The notes below the pieces were generated by a model, which was not told the DNA's origin, made no database searches, and saw only the letters and a list, made by a program, of their open reading frames with translations. A program made the translations under genes and the position numbers. A DNA stretch of 41,440 nt from Balamuthia mandrillaris (lineage: Eukaryota), in NCBI GenBank assembly GCA_031835245.2, contig JAVKOQ020000021.1, positions 310,001 to 351,440 on the forward strand, read 5' to 3'. Positions 26,637-39,417 of this stretch are shown here, in pieces; positions within the stretch are counted from its first letter, which is position 1; each line of letters opens with the position of its first letter.

Positions 26637-26969
26637 GAGACGTGGCGGTCAACCTCAAAAGTCAACAGCCAAACGGGGAGAAATCTCGCGTAGAACAGTT
26701 TGATTTACGGCAGAACTCCGAAACTCCAGTCGGCACATATTCAAAAAAGGACGATTTTCCTTGTTTCTTCCGCTGGTTTTGCTCGTGTTGGTTGGTCTGC
26801 CGCGCACAGAAAAAGCGAGAGAGCGTTGTTGTTGGCAGGGGGCAGCAGAGAGAGACAAGCCTTGTGTCACAGATCTCAATTTTGCTTTCTGTTTCTTTTT
26901 TTTTTTTTTGGGGGTTTTACTTCTTTTTCTATTTTCTTCTTTTCATACACACAAACACACACACACACA

Positions 26970-29900
26970 ATGTCGGCTCCCCCACAAGAGAGAAAGGAGA
27001 AGGCGCCCGTGGAGATTGGAAGCGGTGTGGTCAAGGCCGTTCCCTCCGGCGACAGGATCCAGATCTATGTCAACAAGAAGTCCCAAAGCGCAGTGTGGAG
27101 CACACCCGAGGAGAGAGAAATCAAAATCTCTTCCATCAAGGCTCCTTTGCTCGGTGCCAAGGGCGACTGGGGCACTCGCAAGGAAGAGGTTTGTTTTTTT
27201 TAAAATAAAACCACTGTGTTCAACTCCTTGTTTAAAATGGCAATACACTAGACTCACTCTCCAATCTAACCTCAAACGCATGAAACTAGCCTTTTGCTTG
27301 GCAAAGCAGGGAGTACCTTCGTGAGCTGCTCATCGGCCAAACCGTCAAGTACAAGATTGACTCCCAGACCGACAAGCGAGCTTACGGCACCGTCTTGCTG
27401 ACTCCCAACGACGACGACGTGGCGCAGCTCATCGTCTCGGAGGGTTGGGCCGAGGTATCTCGTCCCAAGGGAGCAGACTCTAGCAACACCACTGAGGGTG
27501 ATGCCCAGTCTACCAAGAAGCGCGAAAGGACTCCCAAAAAGTTTGTTCTTCCTCTCCCTCTCTCCCTCTCTCCCTCTCTCCCTCTCTCCCTCTCTCCCTC
27601 CCTCCCTCTCTCCCTCTCTCCCTCTCTCCCTCTCTCCTCTCTCCCTCTCTCCCTCTCTCCCTCTCTCCCTCTCCCCCTCTCTCCCTCTCCCCCTCTCCTC
27701 TCTCCCTCTTCCCTCTCTCCCTCTCTCCCTCTCTCCCTCTCTCCCTCCCTCCCTCCCTCCTCATCTTTTTCCCCCTGGTATTGACCAACAAATAAAATCA
27801 AAAGGGAGGTGCAAGAACTGATTGATCTCGAGACGAAAGCAAAGGAGTTGGGCAAAGGCAAATGGACACAATCCCAAGAGGAAAAAGAACACGCCCTGCC
27901 CACTATCGACACTGACTTTGATGCCGTTGAATTCTACAAATCCTCTAAAGGAAAGACATTGACCGGTTCGTTCTCTCTCTCTTCCCTCCTCCCTCTTTCT
28001 GAGAGAATTCTGACATGAAACAAATTTCCAGGAATCGTTGAGCACGTATTCAACGGATCTATGCTCCGCATCCTGTTGCTTCCCTCATTCCGCGAGATCG
28101 TTTTGAAGGTTGGAGGTGTGCAAGCGCCCACCTCTAAACGCGGCCAGAAAGAAGAGCCCTTTTTCAAGGAAGCGCAATGGACGACCGAGCGCCACTTGTT
28201 GAACAGAAAGATCCAAGTGAATTTGACAGCATTTGAGAGAGGAAAGACCTCCAAGAAGGAGGAGGAAGGCGGACAGAACGGACAGCCCTCCTCATCGAGC
28301 GGCAATTCGACCTATCATGGAGAGGTTTTGTGGGAAGGCAAGAGCATTGGAGAGCTCCTTTTGTCTGCCGGATTGGCAACCTTTGTACCATGGAGTGCTC
28401 CCAAGGACAAGACTGCGCACTATGCTCAGCTGCAGCTCAAAGCACAAGAAGCTAAGAAGAGGATGTGGTCCTCTGACAGCGTGAGGAGGGCTGCTCAACA
28501 GACCGCTAGCCAACAAAGCTTCATTGCTAAAGTCCAGGAAGTCACCAGCGGCAACCAGATTTCAGTCCTGAACCTCAACGTCAACCCGCCAGTGCTCCTC
28601 CGCAACTTGACTCTCTCCAGTATATCTGTGCCTCGGTTGGGCAAGAATGACAAGCCCGACGAGGCCTTCGCCTGGGAGGCCAGGGAGTTTGTTCGCAAGA
28701 GGCTGATGGGAAAGAGAGTGCAGGTCTCATTGGACTATGTCAAGCCCGAGCAAACCGTTACTGCCAACGGCAGCGAGGGTGGTGCTCCCTCCACCAAAGG
28801 CAAGGAAAAGGAGGCGAGCGGCAAGGGTGGCAAGGGGGGGCCACTACAAAAGAAGGTGTTGCCCGCTAAGCCTTTCTACACCATCACCCACGATGGGAAG
28901 AATATCGCCCTGGCCCTTGTGGAGGTCGGCTATGCCAAGGTCATCGAAACATTCAGCGCCGACAAGTCTCAGTACTACGACAGTTTGTTCTTGGCTCAGG
29001 AGCGCGCCCGCGAAAAGAAGCTGGGTCTTTGGGGAGACTCCTCTAAGTTCACCAAGCACTACCTCAACGACGTCTCCAGGAACCCCAAGAAGGCTAAGCA
29101 GATCTACCAAACCTTGTCCAAGAAGGGAGATGAACGCCTGGACGCTATCGTGGAATATGTCTTCTCTGGTAGCAGGGTTAAGCTGTGCTTGCCTAAGGAG
29201 AACTTGCTCATTACTTTCTTCCTTGCTGGCTGCCGCAGCGAAAATCTGCCCAACCCCGCTGAAGGAAAGCCCGCTCCTCCTTTCGCTGTGGAGGCTCGCG
29301 ACTTTACCCGCGACTTTGTGCTCAACTACGACGTTCAGGTTCAGATTGACGGACAGGACAAGCACGGTGCCTTCAAGGGTTACCTCTGGCGCAAGGGCAA
29401 GAGCCTCTCTGTCCTCCTGTTGGAGCAAGGTCTGGCCCAGTGCAACCGCCCCACTCTCTACGCCGATGAATACGAGGCAGCTGAGGCTAAGGCCAAGGCT
29501 GAGAGGAAAGGCGTTTGGAAGGACTTTGACCCCGTCAAAGAAGCTGCCGAAAGGCAAAAGAGAAAGGAGGAGGTAGTAGCCGCCTCCCAACCCCGCAAGG
29601 AAGTCGTCCACGTCACGGAAGTGTTGGACGGCGGCTCTTTCTACGTGCAGCTTGCCAGCGAGGAGAACGGCAAGCTCAAGCAGTTGATGGAGCAGATCGC
29701 CGCTCTGGGCTGCGATGACAAGCCCGCCTACAAACCCAAAGCCCCTGAGGAGGTGGTGCTCGCAAAGTTTGCAGAGGACAACACATGGTACCGTGCCAAG
29801 GTGCTGAACGTTTCCCCCGCTGAGTGCACCGTCCTCTTTGGCGACTATGGCAACACGGACGTTGTGCCCGTGGAGGATATCCGAACACTGCCTGCCGAGC

Positions 29901-30378
29901 TCGGCCTCAAGGCCCTTAAGTGGCAAGCCCAGCCCGCTCGCCTCGCCTTCATCGAGCCCAGAGGCCTCGACAAAGAATGGGGAGAGGAGGCCGCGCACAC
30001 TTTCAGGGACCTCGTCTGGGGTAAGACTATCATCGCCACCATAGAGTATAAGGACAGCAATACCCTCTACCTTAGCCTCTTGGCGCCTGGTGAGACCCCC
30101 CAACAACAGATCTTTGTCAACGGTGAGCTGGTTAAAGCTGGCCTTGCCCGTGTTGAGAAGCGCCTTCCCCGTGGAGCCAATAGAGAAATTGTTTCTCATC
30201 TCCGTGCCGAAGAAGCTGATGCTCATAAGAACCATGTACGCATTTTCTGTCCCCTTTTCCTTCTATGCTTTTTTTTTTAAGTAGCAAAAATGTATGCTTA
30301 CCTGTTCTTTTCTTCTCCTTCACACAGCGTGGCCTTTGGGAGTACGGTGCCGATGCGGAGGACGACCCTGTTGACTAA
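26970..30378 (+). CDS. SND1: Tudor staphylococcal nuclease (Tudor-SN/p100)
   Basis: Tandem SNase domains (VVKAVPSGD, DEAFAWEAREFVRKRLMGKRV, IVEYVFSGSRVKLCLPKE, AKAERKGVWKDF), Tudor domain (LAKFAEDNTWYRAKV...VLFGDYGNTD) and terminal RGLWEYGAD; five exons. Confidence 0.97.
27551..27760 (+). repeat. Intronic (CTCTCCCT)n-type pure pyrimidine satellite
   Basis: About 210 bp of C/T only, within Tudor-SN intron 27541-27804. Confidence 0.9.
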
Positions 30379-30488
30379 ACATCCGCGTCTTTTTTTTTCT
30401 CAAAAATTTGAACTCTCCATCTTATAATTTTACTATAAAAGCACGAACAAACCACAGTTTCAAACATTGTTTTCTCTTGTAGTGGGGG

Positions 30489-32717
30489 TTAGCGATGTGG
30501 TGTGTAATCAATAGGGGTGAAGAGCGGAAGAACTTGGGACAAGGAACGAGACCGGTTCGTGTACACCACCCCATTTGCCTGCTTTTTGTTGCTTTCCTCC
30601 TCCTCTTCCTCATCATCGTTGTCTTCATCAACTGCATATTGAGTTGCGTTTGTGTGATGTTCTTGGTGTTGGTTGATAGGATGCTGGTTGTCTTCTTGTA
30701 AAAGCGGCGTGAGGAGGAGGGTGGTGGCATCATTACGAGAGAGGCGTCGCACATTCTCCCATCCAATGCAAAAGAAGTTTTTCCTGGTGACGGTAATGGG
30801 CGCGTCTTTGGGGTTTGCATAGGTTTGAGGTTTTTGTTTGTGAGACAACATTCTGGTCGCTCAAGTAAAAAAAAAAAATAAAATGAGGTGATAGGTTACT
30901 CGTTATAGGATGAATCATCTCCTTTAGCACAGCTTTCTTTTTGATGAGTAATCCCGTCTTGAAGTGGTCTGGATAGGTGTTCCTATTGATGTGCGATCAA
31001 GAATGGTATGAAGAGGAGAGAGGAGAGAGCGGAGTTAGGGCGTATATTTGGTAAAAAGCAAAAACTCTCCGTAACAAATCGAAAAAGATGAGTTTCTCTT
31101 TGGTTTTTTCTCCATTTACATACCAATCGACGCCGTGCTCTTGTTTCAGCATGGCCACCATTTCCGCGCTGGAACGGTCATGCAACTGCTTAGCTGAAAA
31201 ATAGCAACGAGCAAGACCAGTTTTACTATTTCTGAGACAATCCAGTCCTCGCCATATAATATTATCCTGCAGCGGTTCAACGAACAAAAACCGAGAATTA
31301 ACGCAGGGACAAAAAATAGGAGAAAGAGAGAGCGTACGAGACACGTTTCATAGTCCGGAAGGTTGAATGCGCGTGCATCGAAATGAGCAGAGCCCTCTGT
31401 TGCCCTTTGCTGTCTCTGTTCAACAGAACCATCACGAAAAAAAAAAAAAATACCAGGTAAGTTCCGATCCAAAGACTTACAAAAATGTAAGAAAGAAGAA
31501 ACACCTTTTGCTCCTGTTCGCAGCTGCCAAATTGTTCATTGGCAATGTGCCAGTTAAACCGAGTCGAGGCAAGGCCTACCCTCCAAGTTGTAAATACAGC
31601 CATCAGTTAACGGTGAGAGGAAGAAACGAGCGAGAGGCACGATAAATAAAGAAGAGAGAGGAGAAAGAACGTCACACCTGCGGCCAAGGTAATGATCTTG
31701 GGCACTTTGCCACCAAAAATGAACGGGTTGAGCGGGTTGTTGGGATCCTTGTTGTGAATGTCCTGATTGGCGGCCAGTATCAGGGAAATCTCGTCGCTGA
31801 ACGTGTAGGCAGCCCTCGCGTGGAACGCTTCCGCCACGTCCACAGCCGTCCGCACCATAGCTCTGCTTACTGTACGGCAACAATAATAAGAATAAGATTT
31901 GGTGAGTTGTAGGACTCGCCATGCATGTGAGTCGCTTGAGTCGCCATCCCAACTTGTCCACTGCCCTTCTCTTCTCTCCTCTCTCCTCACTCTCTCTCAG
32001 AGGAGGCCTTAAGTCAAGTTGCAGAGGCGATACACCTTGTTCCCTCCAAGTTTGGAAACGGAGAAATGGTTGTTCCGCCGCCATGCGTGCATGCAGCATG
32101 TGCGCGCACATTACAACTTGGCTGACTGGGAGGGGAGGAGAGGAGAGCAGAGAAGAGAGCAGAGAAGAGGGAAGCAAAGAGCACCCTCGCCAAGAGCAGC
32201 AGCGAAGCGGAGGAGGAGAGAAGCAGAGAAAAATGAAAAAGTTACTTCGTTCATCGAAAGGCTTTTTCCAGTGCTTGGCAAAGATGCTGAAGCGGTGACC
32301 ATCCAAACGAATGATGACAGGCCTATGCGCATGAGCGTTCAAGTGTGCTGTCGAATTAGCAGCAATGAAGAGCGAGGGAAGGAGAGGAGGAGGTACTCAC
32401 TGATCGGCCCTCAAGTACTGAACGGTAGTTTGCTCCATCTCCTTCATGTGAGCGGCCAATACGCCCTGCTTTCCTCGGTACTGTTTGTCTTCTTCGTGGA
32501 AAGAAGACAAGAAAGACGTCTCAGTGGGCTGAGAGGGCCAAACAAACAAAGATTAGCGTTGAAACTCACTGTGTGTAGCGCCGGTTTGTGCAGCGGTTGT
32601 AGTCATCGTTTGCCTTGTCGAATAGAAGGCACAGGATGGCGATTTTCGGACAAGAAAGAGGCTTGCACCTCGTTGCGTCAGTAAAGCAGCGGCGGGAAAG
32701 CGCCGAACCTCCATCAT
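30489..32717 (-). CDS. Thg1-like protein (TLP), tRNA 3'-5' nucleotidyltransferase, with probable mitochondrial presequence
   Basis: Spliced: HMKEME...QPVIIRLDGHRFSIFAKHWKKPFDER|...AYTFSDEISL...FIFGGKVPKIITLAA|...AHFDARAFNLP|..NIIWRGLDCLRNS...FSAKQLH...GVDW...FKTG. Both catalytic Asp motifs (RLDG, SDE) are present. N-terminus MMEVRRFPAAALLTQRGASLFLVRKSPSCAFYST is Arg/Ser-rich. Confidence 0.93.
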
Positions 32718-33241
32718 CGTGCTTGTGGGGCGGGGGTTGCGCGTGTTTCTTTCTTTTCCACAAATCATTGACATGACGACACGAGAATTCACAAAGAGGG
32801 TACGATCTCCCCCGAAACACGTCAATATGCCGCATTTTGCCATGCAATTCCTCGAATTTTCGTTCATATTAGCCGAGTCGCATAATCTCAACGACCGGAG
32901 CACCTGAAGTGGGCATCCTGGAAAACCCCCCAACAAAAAGCATCTTGGCTAAAAAAGGTGCGCAGGTCAGATGCTTTCAAAACCTCATCTCAACCTCCCG
33001 CTCCTTTGCTATCGCTGTGGTGAATGCCTTCCGCATACCCGATGTCGCCAGCTGCTGGCAAAAAAGAAAAAAGGAGGAAAGTGCGGGGGGAGATAGAGGC
33101 CTTTCTGCTGCGGTTCTCTCTTTCATTTTTCGTTTCTTCCTGACACCAACGTACCATAGGGAGCTGCTGGTCAAAGCCTAACCATACTGGATTACCACTG
33201 TGTTCGCAATAAGTTTTAGTGAAAAGGAGGAGAGGACAGCC

Positions 33242-36200
33242 ATGAAAGCCACACCCGCCCCCTCGCATGGCCAACGCAACGGTGGCTGCGGTTATGGTGG
33301 CTCTGCTCCTGCGGCTGTCAACAAAACAAACGAAGAGGAAAAAACTACCAAGTGTCCCCTTCATCCTCCTCCGCAACACCAGCCCACACGGAAACAACTG
33401 ACGGAGAAGCTCCAAGCGGAGTTGAGGGCGGCTGTTCAGCGCGTGCAAAGCGGCCAACAGTTTGTCCAGAGCGCGCACCAGGAGCTGTTGAAGGTCGTGC
33501 AGGGGCTCACAGTCAGCCGCAAGGGAATGATCGCCTACTACCACGACGGCAGCAACGACTGCGGTGCCCCGGCCGTTCGCTTTTGTTTCAGCCCCGAGTT
33601 TAACCGCTTCGACAGGGGAGTGCGTCTTCAACAGCAACAACAGCAGGGTGATGTGATGGAGCAGGAGCTCAAGTGCAACGGAGAAGAGGAAGGAGAGGAC
33701 AAGACCCTACCCACCTTGTTGGGAAGGAATGACTCGATGGTGCCCCTGGAGGTCTTGACGGCGGAGGAGAAGGAAGCCCTTCAGGTTATACTGGCCCAAC
33801 GGGCCATTGTCAGGCCGGCACAAACCCAGCAACAACAGTCGGCGCGCATGGTACCGGCCTTTATTGGCCTGCCTTTCTTCATGGACAAGGAAGGCGCTCG
33901 CTCTCTTCAACAACAATTCGAGGCCCAAAACATGGCGAGCTTGCCTGCCTCCCCCTTCTTCTCCGCCCCTTGGTCAGAGGAACAAAACACGGAGAACGAC
34001 GAGGACGATGAAGATGGCAGGCAGAAAGTGTTGGGCGTTATATGCGTGTGGGGTATGGAGCCGCTTACCGCCTACTCCTCAGAGGACGTGCTGCTTGTGG
34101 AGGAGGTGGCTGGAGCTCTGGGACAGATGCAGTCCCTCTATTTACTTCGCAAGAGGGCGGCCAAAAAGTTGTCGCAGCTGCCATTGATGCAGAGGCAGAC
34201 CCGTCTCCTTAATGCCATCACCGCCGTTCAGACCAATTTTATGGTAAGTGCTCTACAATAACCTTTTGCTAAACGCACGTGTGTTATCCCACTGCTTCTC
34301 TGTTCTTACTTCGCAACTCTGAACGTAGGTGGGAGATTTCACAACACGATACGATTTGTTTATGCACCTGTTGAACGAGCTGTTGAACTTGACGCAGAGC
34401 GACTACGGCTTTATTGGAGAGGTTAACGTAACGGATGATGGCAGACTGTTTGCGTCCACTTGGGCTTGCACCAATGTGGCATGGAATGACGTGACAAGGG
34501 ACTGGTTCAACCGGGACTTTCAAACCGGTTTGCGCATTTATCGCATGGACTCTCTCTATGGACCAGTGCTCAAAGGCGAAGTTGTCATTGCAAACGACAC
34601 GAATACCTTCGGGGCTTGCGGCCGTCCTAAGGGTACCCCCATTCTCCTTGTTCTCTTCTTCCTCTTCTGGTTGTTTAACATCGGTAATGACAGGACATCC
34701 GCCGTTGGTGAGATTTCTAGGCCTACCAATCATCAGAGCAGGCAAGGTAATCGGTATATGTGCGCTCTCCAACAAAGAGACAGGCTACACAAAGGAGGAC
34801 GTGGCATTCCTGCAACCCTTCCTTGCCACATTTGGTGGCATGATAGAGTCCTTCCGCACGAACGAGGAGAGACTGCGGGTGGAGAAAGAGCTCAAAAAAG
34901 CCAAAGAAGAGGCGGAGCGCTTGTCTCATATCAAGAGTCAACTGCTGGCTAACACCAGCCACGAGCTAAAAACTCCTCTTCATGCCATACGTGCTCTAAC
35001 CGATTTGATCCTTTCTTCCGCATCAGCGGGAGGTTCACCGGACGAGTCGCTGTTGATGGAGGGCTTGAGCTCACCTGGGCGCACCTCCACCAATAGTGCT
35101 GGTACGTCACAGGAGACCAGTCGTGACAGCAGTCGCAGGGGGAGTCACAGAAGCAGTCGCAGAGGTTCTGCATCCCCCATTGACGCAGCACAAGACTATG
35201 ATGAGCTGCGAAGCTGTGTACTCTCTATCCGGCACTCTAGCAACAACCTCCTCTACACCGTCAACCAAATGTTGAATTATACTCGGATGGATAAAGGACA
35301 AATCAAACTAAAAGAAGGCAGACTCAACGTGGTGAAATTGCTGGAGGGCGTGGTCTCGCTGCTGACTCCTTTGGCGGTGGAAAAGGGTTTGGGCCTCATA
35401 GTGAGGCCAGACCCTAAACTGCCACCTACTGTCATCGGCGACAAAGCAAAGCTACAGACCGTGCTACTCACTTTAGGCCGCAACGCAATCAAATTCACAA
35501 AGACTGGCTACATTGCTATTGGAGCCAACCTAGATACAAGTGGTGACATCCCATCAAACGATAACAACAGGGCACGTATCCTGTTTTCGGTGGAGGACTC
35601 CGGCGTTGGTATCACCCCAGAGCAAAAGGAGCGCATCTTCAGCCCTTTTTCTTCCCTGGAGGGCAAAACTGGTGCCGCTACCCGGGAATACGGAGGAACG
35701 GGGTTGGGCTTGCCTATTGCCCTCAAGATTGTGCAAAACATGGGTGGTAACATCACGGTGGACACGCAACCAAATCGTGGTTCTACGTTTACCGTCGACA
35801 TCACTTTCCTGCTTAGGCCTGAGGAAAAGATCCCTCCAGCCACCCCAACGGAACCGGAGCTAGACATAGATCAAGAACACACTGACTCATCTCGTTCAGG
35901 AGAGTTCAACGCTATTATGGATCAAACCACCGAAGAAGAGTTGAGCGATGCGAATGATGACGACTTTGAGCAAGACGAGGAGGCGATGATTCCAGAACTT
36001 CGCCGTGATTCGTGGGACGGAAAGGTTAATCACGAACTCGACTTGTCCTCGTTGCAAATTGTCTTGGTGGACCCCACCGAAGTTACACGCCATTCTTTGG
36101 CAGCTATGGTAAATATCCTTGTTTATCTTCTTTGTTCGTTGCTTTCTCTTCTGTCTCTTTCCCCTCCCTCCCTCTACCTCTTATAATATATGTTTTTCTT

Positions 36201-37328
36201 ATTTAAACCTAAAGGTGGACAGATGGGGATGCAAGTACATTTGGGAAGCCGAAAGCTTTGAGATTGCTAGGAGCATCCTGCAAAAGGACCTTCCCACGGT
36301 GTTTTCTCCCGCAAGACACAATAGCAACAACGACCTGCAAGTACTGATCATGGTTGATGGAGACCATCTCCCTCATTACGAGAGTTGGCTGAAGGAAGAA
36401 CTTCGGTTTTCCAATGCATGGAAGGTAATCATCCTGAGGACATTATCACTTCCATCTGAAATGCAGAAGATCCAACGCCAAGGCTGGGAGCACCTGAGCA
36501 AGCCTGTTGTTCTCTCCAACGTATTTTCTTTCTTCTTTTCACTGCCGCTTGACAGGTCAATGCTGGAAACTAATCGTATCTTTTGTAATGCAGTTCCAAA
36601 GATTGTTTGAAAGATTGACCAAAATTTCTCCTCAACCTTCAAAACTCGATGACGACTCGCCTCCCACAACATCTTCCCAACTGCCTGTTCCCACATCGAA
36701 CAAAGAGCCCACAGCTCCAGAACCGACAACTGTCACAACGCCGACACCATCATCATCATCAACAGAAGCTCCTCCACCTTCATCACTGGCAACGAAAGAG
36801 ACAGCGACGGTGGTGCGAGCGTTGGTGGTGGACGACCTAGCTCTGAACCGTATTGTTCTCAAGAAAATGCTGCAACGGATAGTGCCGAGCATGATCGTGG
36901 AGATGGCAGTGGATGGGCAGGAGGCAGTCAACCTGCTACAACAGCGAAACTTTACGCCACGGAACGACGACGAGAAGCAACGAACCGCAGATGCGTTTGA
37001 CCTTGTCTTCTTGGATATAATGATGCCAGTTATGGATGGCATTACAGCCGCACAAAAGATACGAGAAATGGAAAAAGCCTATCGTCAACAAGAAGAGGAA
37101 GGGCAACATAACGGGAAGGTGCTTTTTGCAGGAGGAGAGCCGCCACGCAACAGCGCCTTGCTACCGCTTATCGCGGTATCTGCTAGCACCCCCGAGGAGC
37201 AGGAACGAATGTCTATGGAAGCCGGTATGTCCAGCTATCTCACTAAGCCTGTTCCTCTCAACGCCCTGCGCAACATCCTCCTTCAGTATCTCGTCTCTCT
37301 CAAGTTGGAAAGGTTAGGCAGCGCTTAG
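33242..37328 (+). CDS. Hybrid sensor histidine kinase (GAF, HisKA, HATPase, degenerate REC, REC)
   Basis: GAF (SDYGFIGEV...VVIAND...GRPKGHPPLVRFLGLPI), H-box LANTSHELKTPLHAI, N-box LGRNAIKFTKTG, G1 VEDSGVGI, G2 YGGTGLGLPI, receiver LVVDD...DLVFLDIMMPVMDG...AVSA...YLTKPV. No TM segment seen. Confidence 0.96.
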
Positions 37329-37479
37329 CTCCTTCTGTACTCTTTCCTCTAAGAAAACTTCGAAAAAGACAGAGAGAGGGAACTAGTTTGTTGGAACGTT
37401 CTCTCTTGTCTTTAACAATTTTGGTTTGTTGTAAAAAAACATTTTGGCCTATGTTGTCTTCATTAGCTCTTCTCTCGCT

Positions 37480-37510
<31 letters not shown>

Positions 37511-37575
37511 CTCTTCTCTCTCTGAGCTGTTGCTCCTTGGAGGGAATCTAAGAGAAAATAAATATTAATAGAAGG

Positions 37576-38278
37576 TTAAAGGACGAAAAGGAGAGCGCCC
37601 CACAATAAGAGGAGTACCACCACAAAGAACAAGGTGGACCATCCCACCGAAGACAGTGTGGACATAAGGGCTTGCAAGCCTCCTTGCCTCGTCGAGGCAC
37701 CAGCAGCAGCATGCGCTTTGAACAAGCTCCTTGCTTGCTGGCTGGCGGCGGTTGCCTGAGCAGTAGCGGCCGGCCGCTTCCGCCGTTGAACCAACAGACC
37801 GCTAGAAGAAGTGGAAGCAAGAGGAGAAGGACTGCTTAGGAGCTGAGGAGTGAGAAGAGAGTCCTCTGCTGCTGAAGCGGTGCTGTGTTGCGGCTCAGCA
37901 GGTGCCAACACGGGCAACAAAGGGTCCGTTTGTAGCTGCACGGGGTAGTCGTAGCGCCCAGCATCAAAAGAAGGACGGTGCAGCGAGTCTTCTAATCGTT
38001 TTCTGGGTGCCAGCCTTGCAGGAGTGCGAGAAGAGGAAACTTTGGAAGAGGAACCAACAGAAGAGGAGCCGGTAGGAGAGGCGGAGAAGGTTGCGTGGGA
38101 GGGCGACACTGGGGAGAGAGCCCCCCCAGAGAGTACTTCTTCAGCGTCCTCCCTTGGCAGCAGCCCTTGTGGTCTAGCGAGGGCGCGAGCTTGTCCTTGC
38201 CGAAGATCTGGTATCATGGAAAGTTTCTCGCTTGCTTCTATACATGGTTTTTGTTGCGGTCACGAACGTGAGTGAGCA

Positions 38279-38326
<48 letters not shown>

Positions 38327-38582
38327 AGTGTGAGGTACCTTCTTTAAAGCCATGACCGAGAGGTGTTCCAAAGGCATAGGGCGCGGTGGAAGTTTTGCCT
38401 TGCTTGCTCTTCCAGCAGAGGTTAAAGTGTTGTTGTTGCTGTTGTGGGGAGTGGTCTGCGGGTAGGAGGCCCGCCACCTCCGCAAAGAACCGCATTTCCT
38501 CTGCATAGCTGCCCCCACGGGAGCGGGGCGGCGGCCGCTCCACCTCCTCTTCTTCGTATTGTTGTTGGTGCTGCCGCCACAT
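37576..38582 (-). CDS. Hypothetical Ser/Pro-rich tail-anchored membrane protein (2 exons)
   Basis: ATG 38582; GT-AG intron 38338-38238 joins GFKE|EASEKLSMIPDL in frame; ends in hydrophobic TLFFVVVLLLLWGALLFVL*. Confidence 0.7.
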
Positions 38583-39417
38583 GCTTTGTGCGGTTTTTGT
38601 TTACTCTTCTCTCTTCTCTCTCTTCTCTCTTCCCTCTTCTCCCGTCTCTCTTCTCTCTTCTCTCTTCTCTCCCTTCTCTCTTCTCTCCTAGTTTTCCTTC
38701 TCCCTTTTTTTGGTGGTGTTTGGTGGTATTTGGTTGCTGAAGACAAAGAAGAAGCAAGGAAGAAGAAGAAAGGTGTAGTAGGTGAGCCACAAGCGAGCAA
38801 AAAAACAAAAACTTCTTCTTCTTCACATCATGTTTATTGCAGGAACGAGGAGGGGGTCTGTGATTTTTTGCTTTCCTTCTCCTCCCCTCGTTCTATGACT
38901 ATTACTATTGTTGTCTTCAAAAAGGTTGTGGCTGCTGCTGCTGCTGCTGTTGACGACGTCCATGGGGAGTAAAGGAGTTGCGGTGAGTGGGCGGAGGTGA
39001 CGTTGACGTGACGGTGGAGAGTTGTGTATGCACATGTGAGAACAACAGCAGCAGCAGCACTCCCAACATATACATACAGCAATCAATGAATACATAGACA
39101 TACATACATACATAACGTGCTCCACAGCATAGAAGGAGCAGTGGCAGCAGCGAAGGAAAGGGTGGGCTGCTCCCTTGTAAAGTACTGTACAAACAAACAC
39201 TAGCATAGAAAAGAAGCTGATGGTGATGGTGGAGTAGTAGCCTTCTCCTCCTGCGCCCGCTGTTGCTGCTCCTTCTTTGTACAGGTATACCGAATGGATA
39301 CAGAGAGTAGATAGATATACACGAATATAGACATATGGCTGGAGAGGGAAGAGTGAAGTGGAGGCTGCTGCTGCACTACACCATTGTGATAGCCCTACCT
39401 ATCATGCTGGTTGCACA

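Noticed and set aside
27382..27912. (GRERE)n and (SLPLS)n ORFs
   Set aside because: Intronic CT satellite in Tudor-SN.
28844..30235. 463-aa minus-strand ORF
   Set aside because: Antisense shadow of Tudor-SN.
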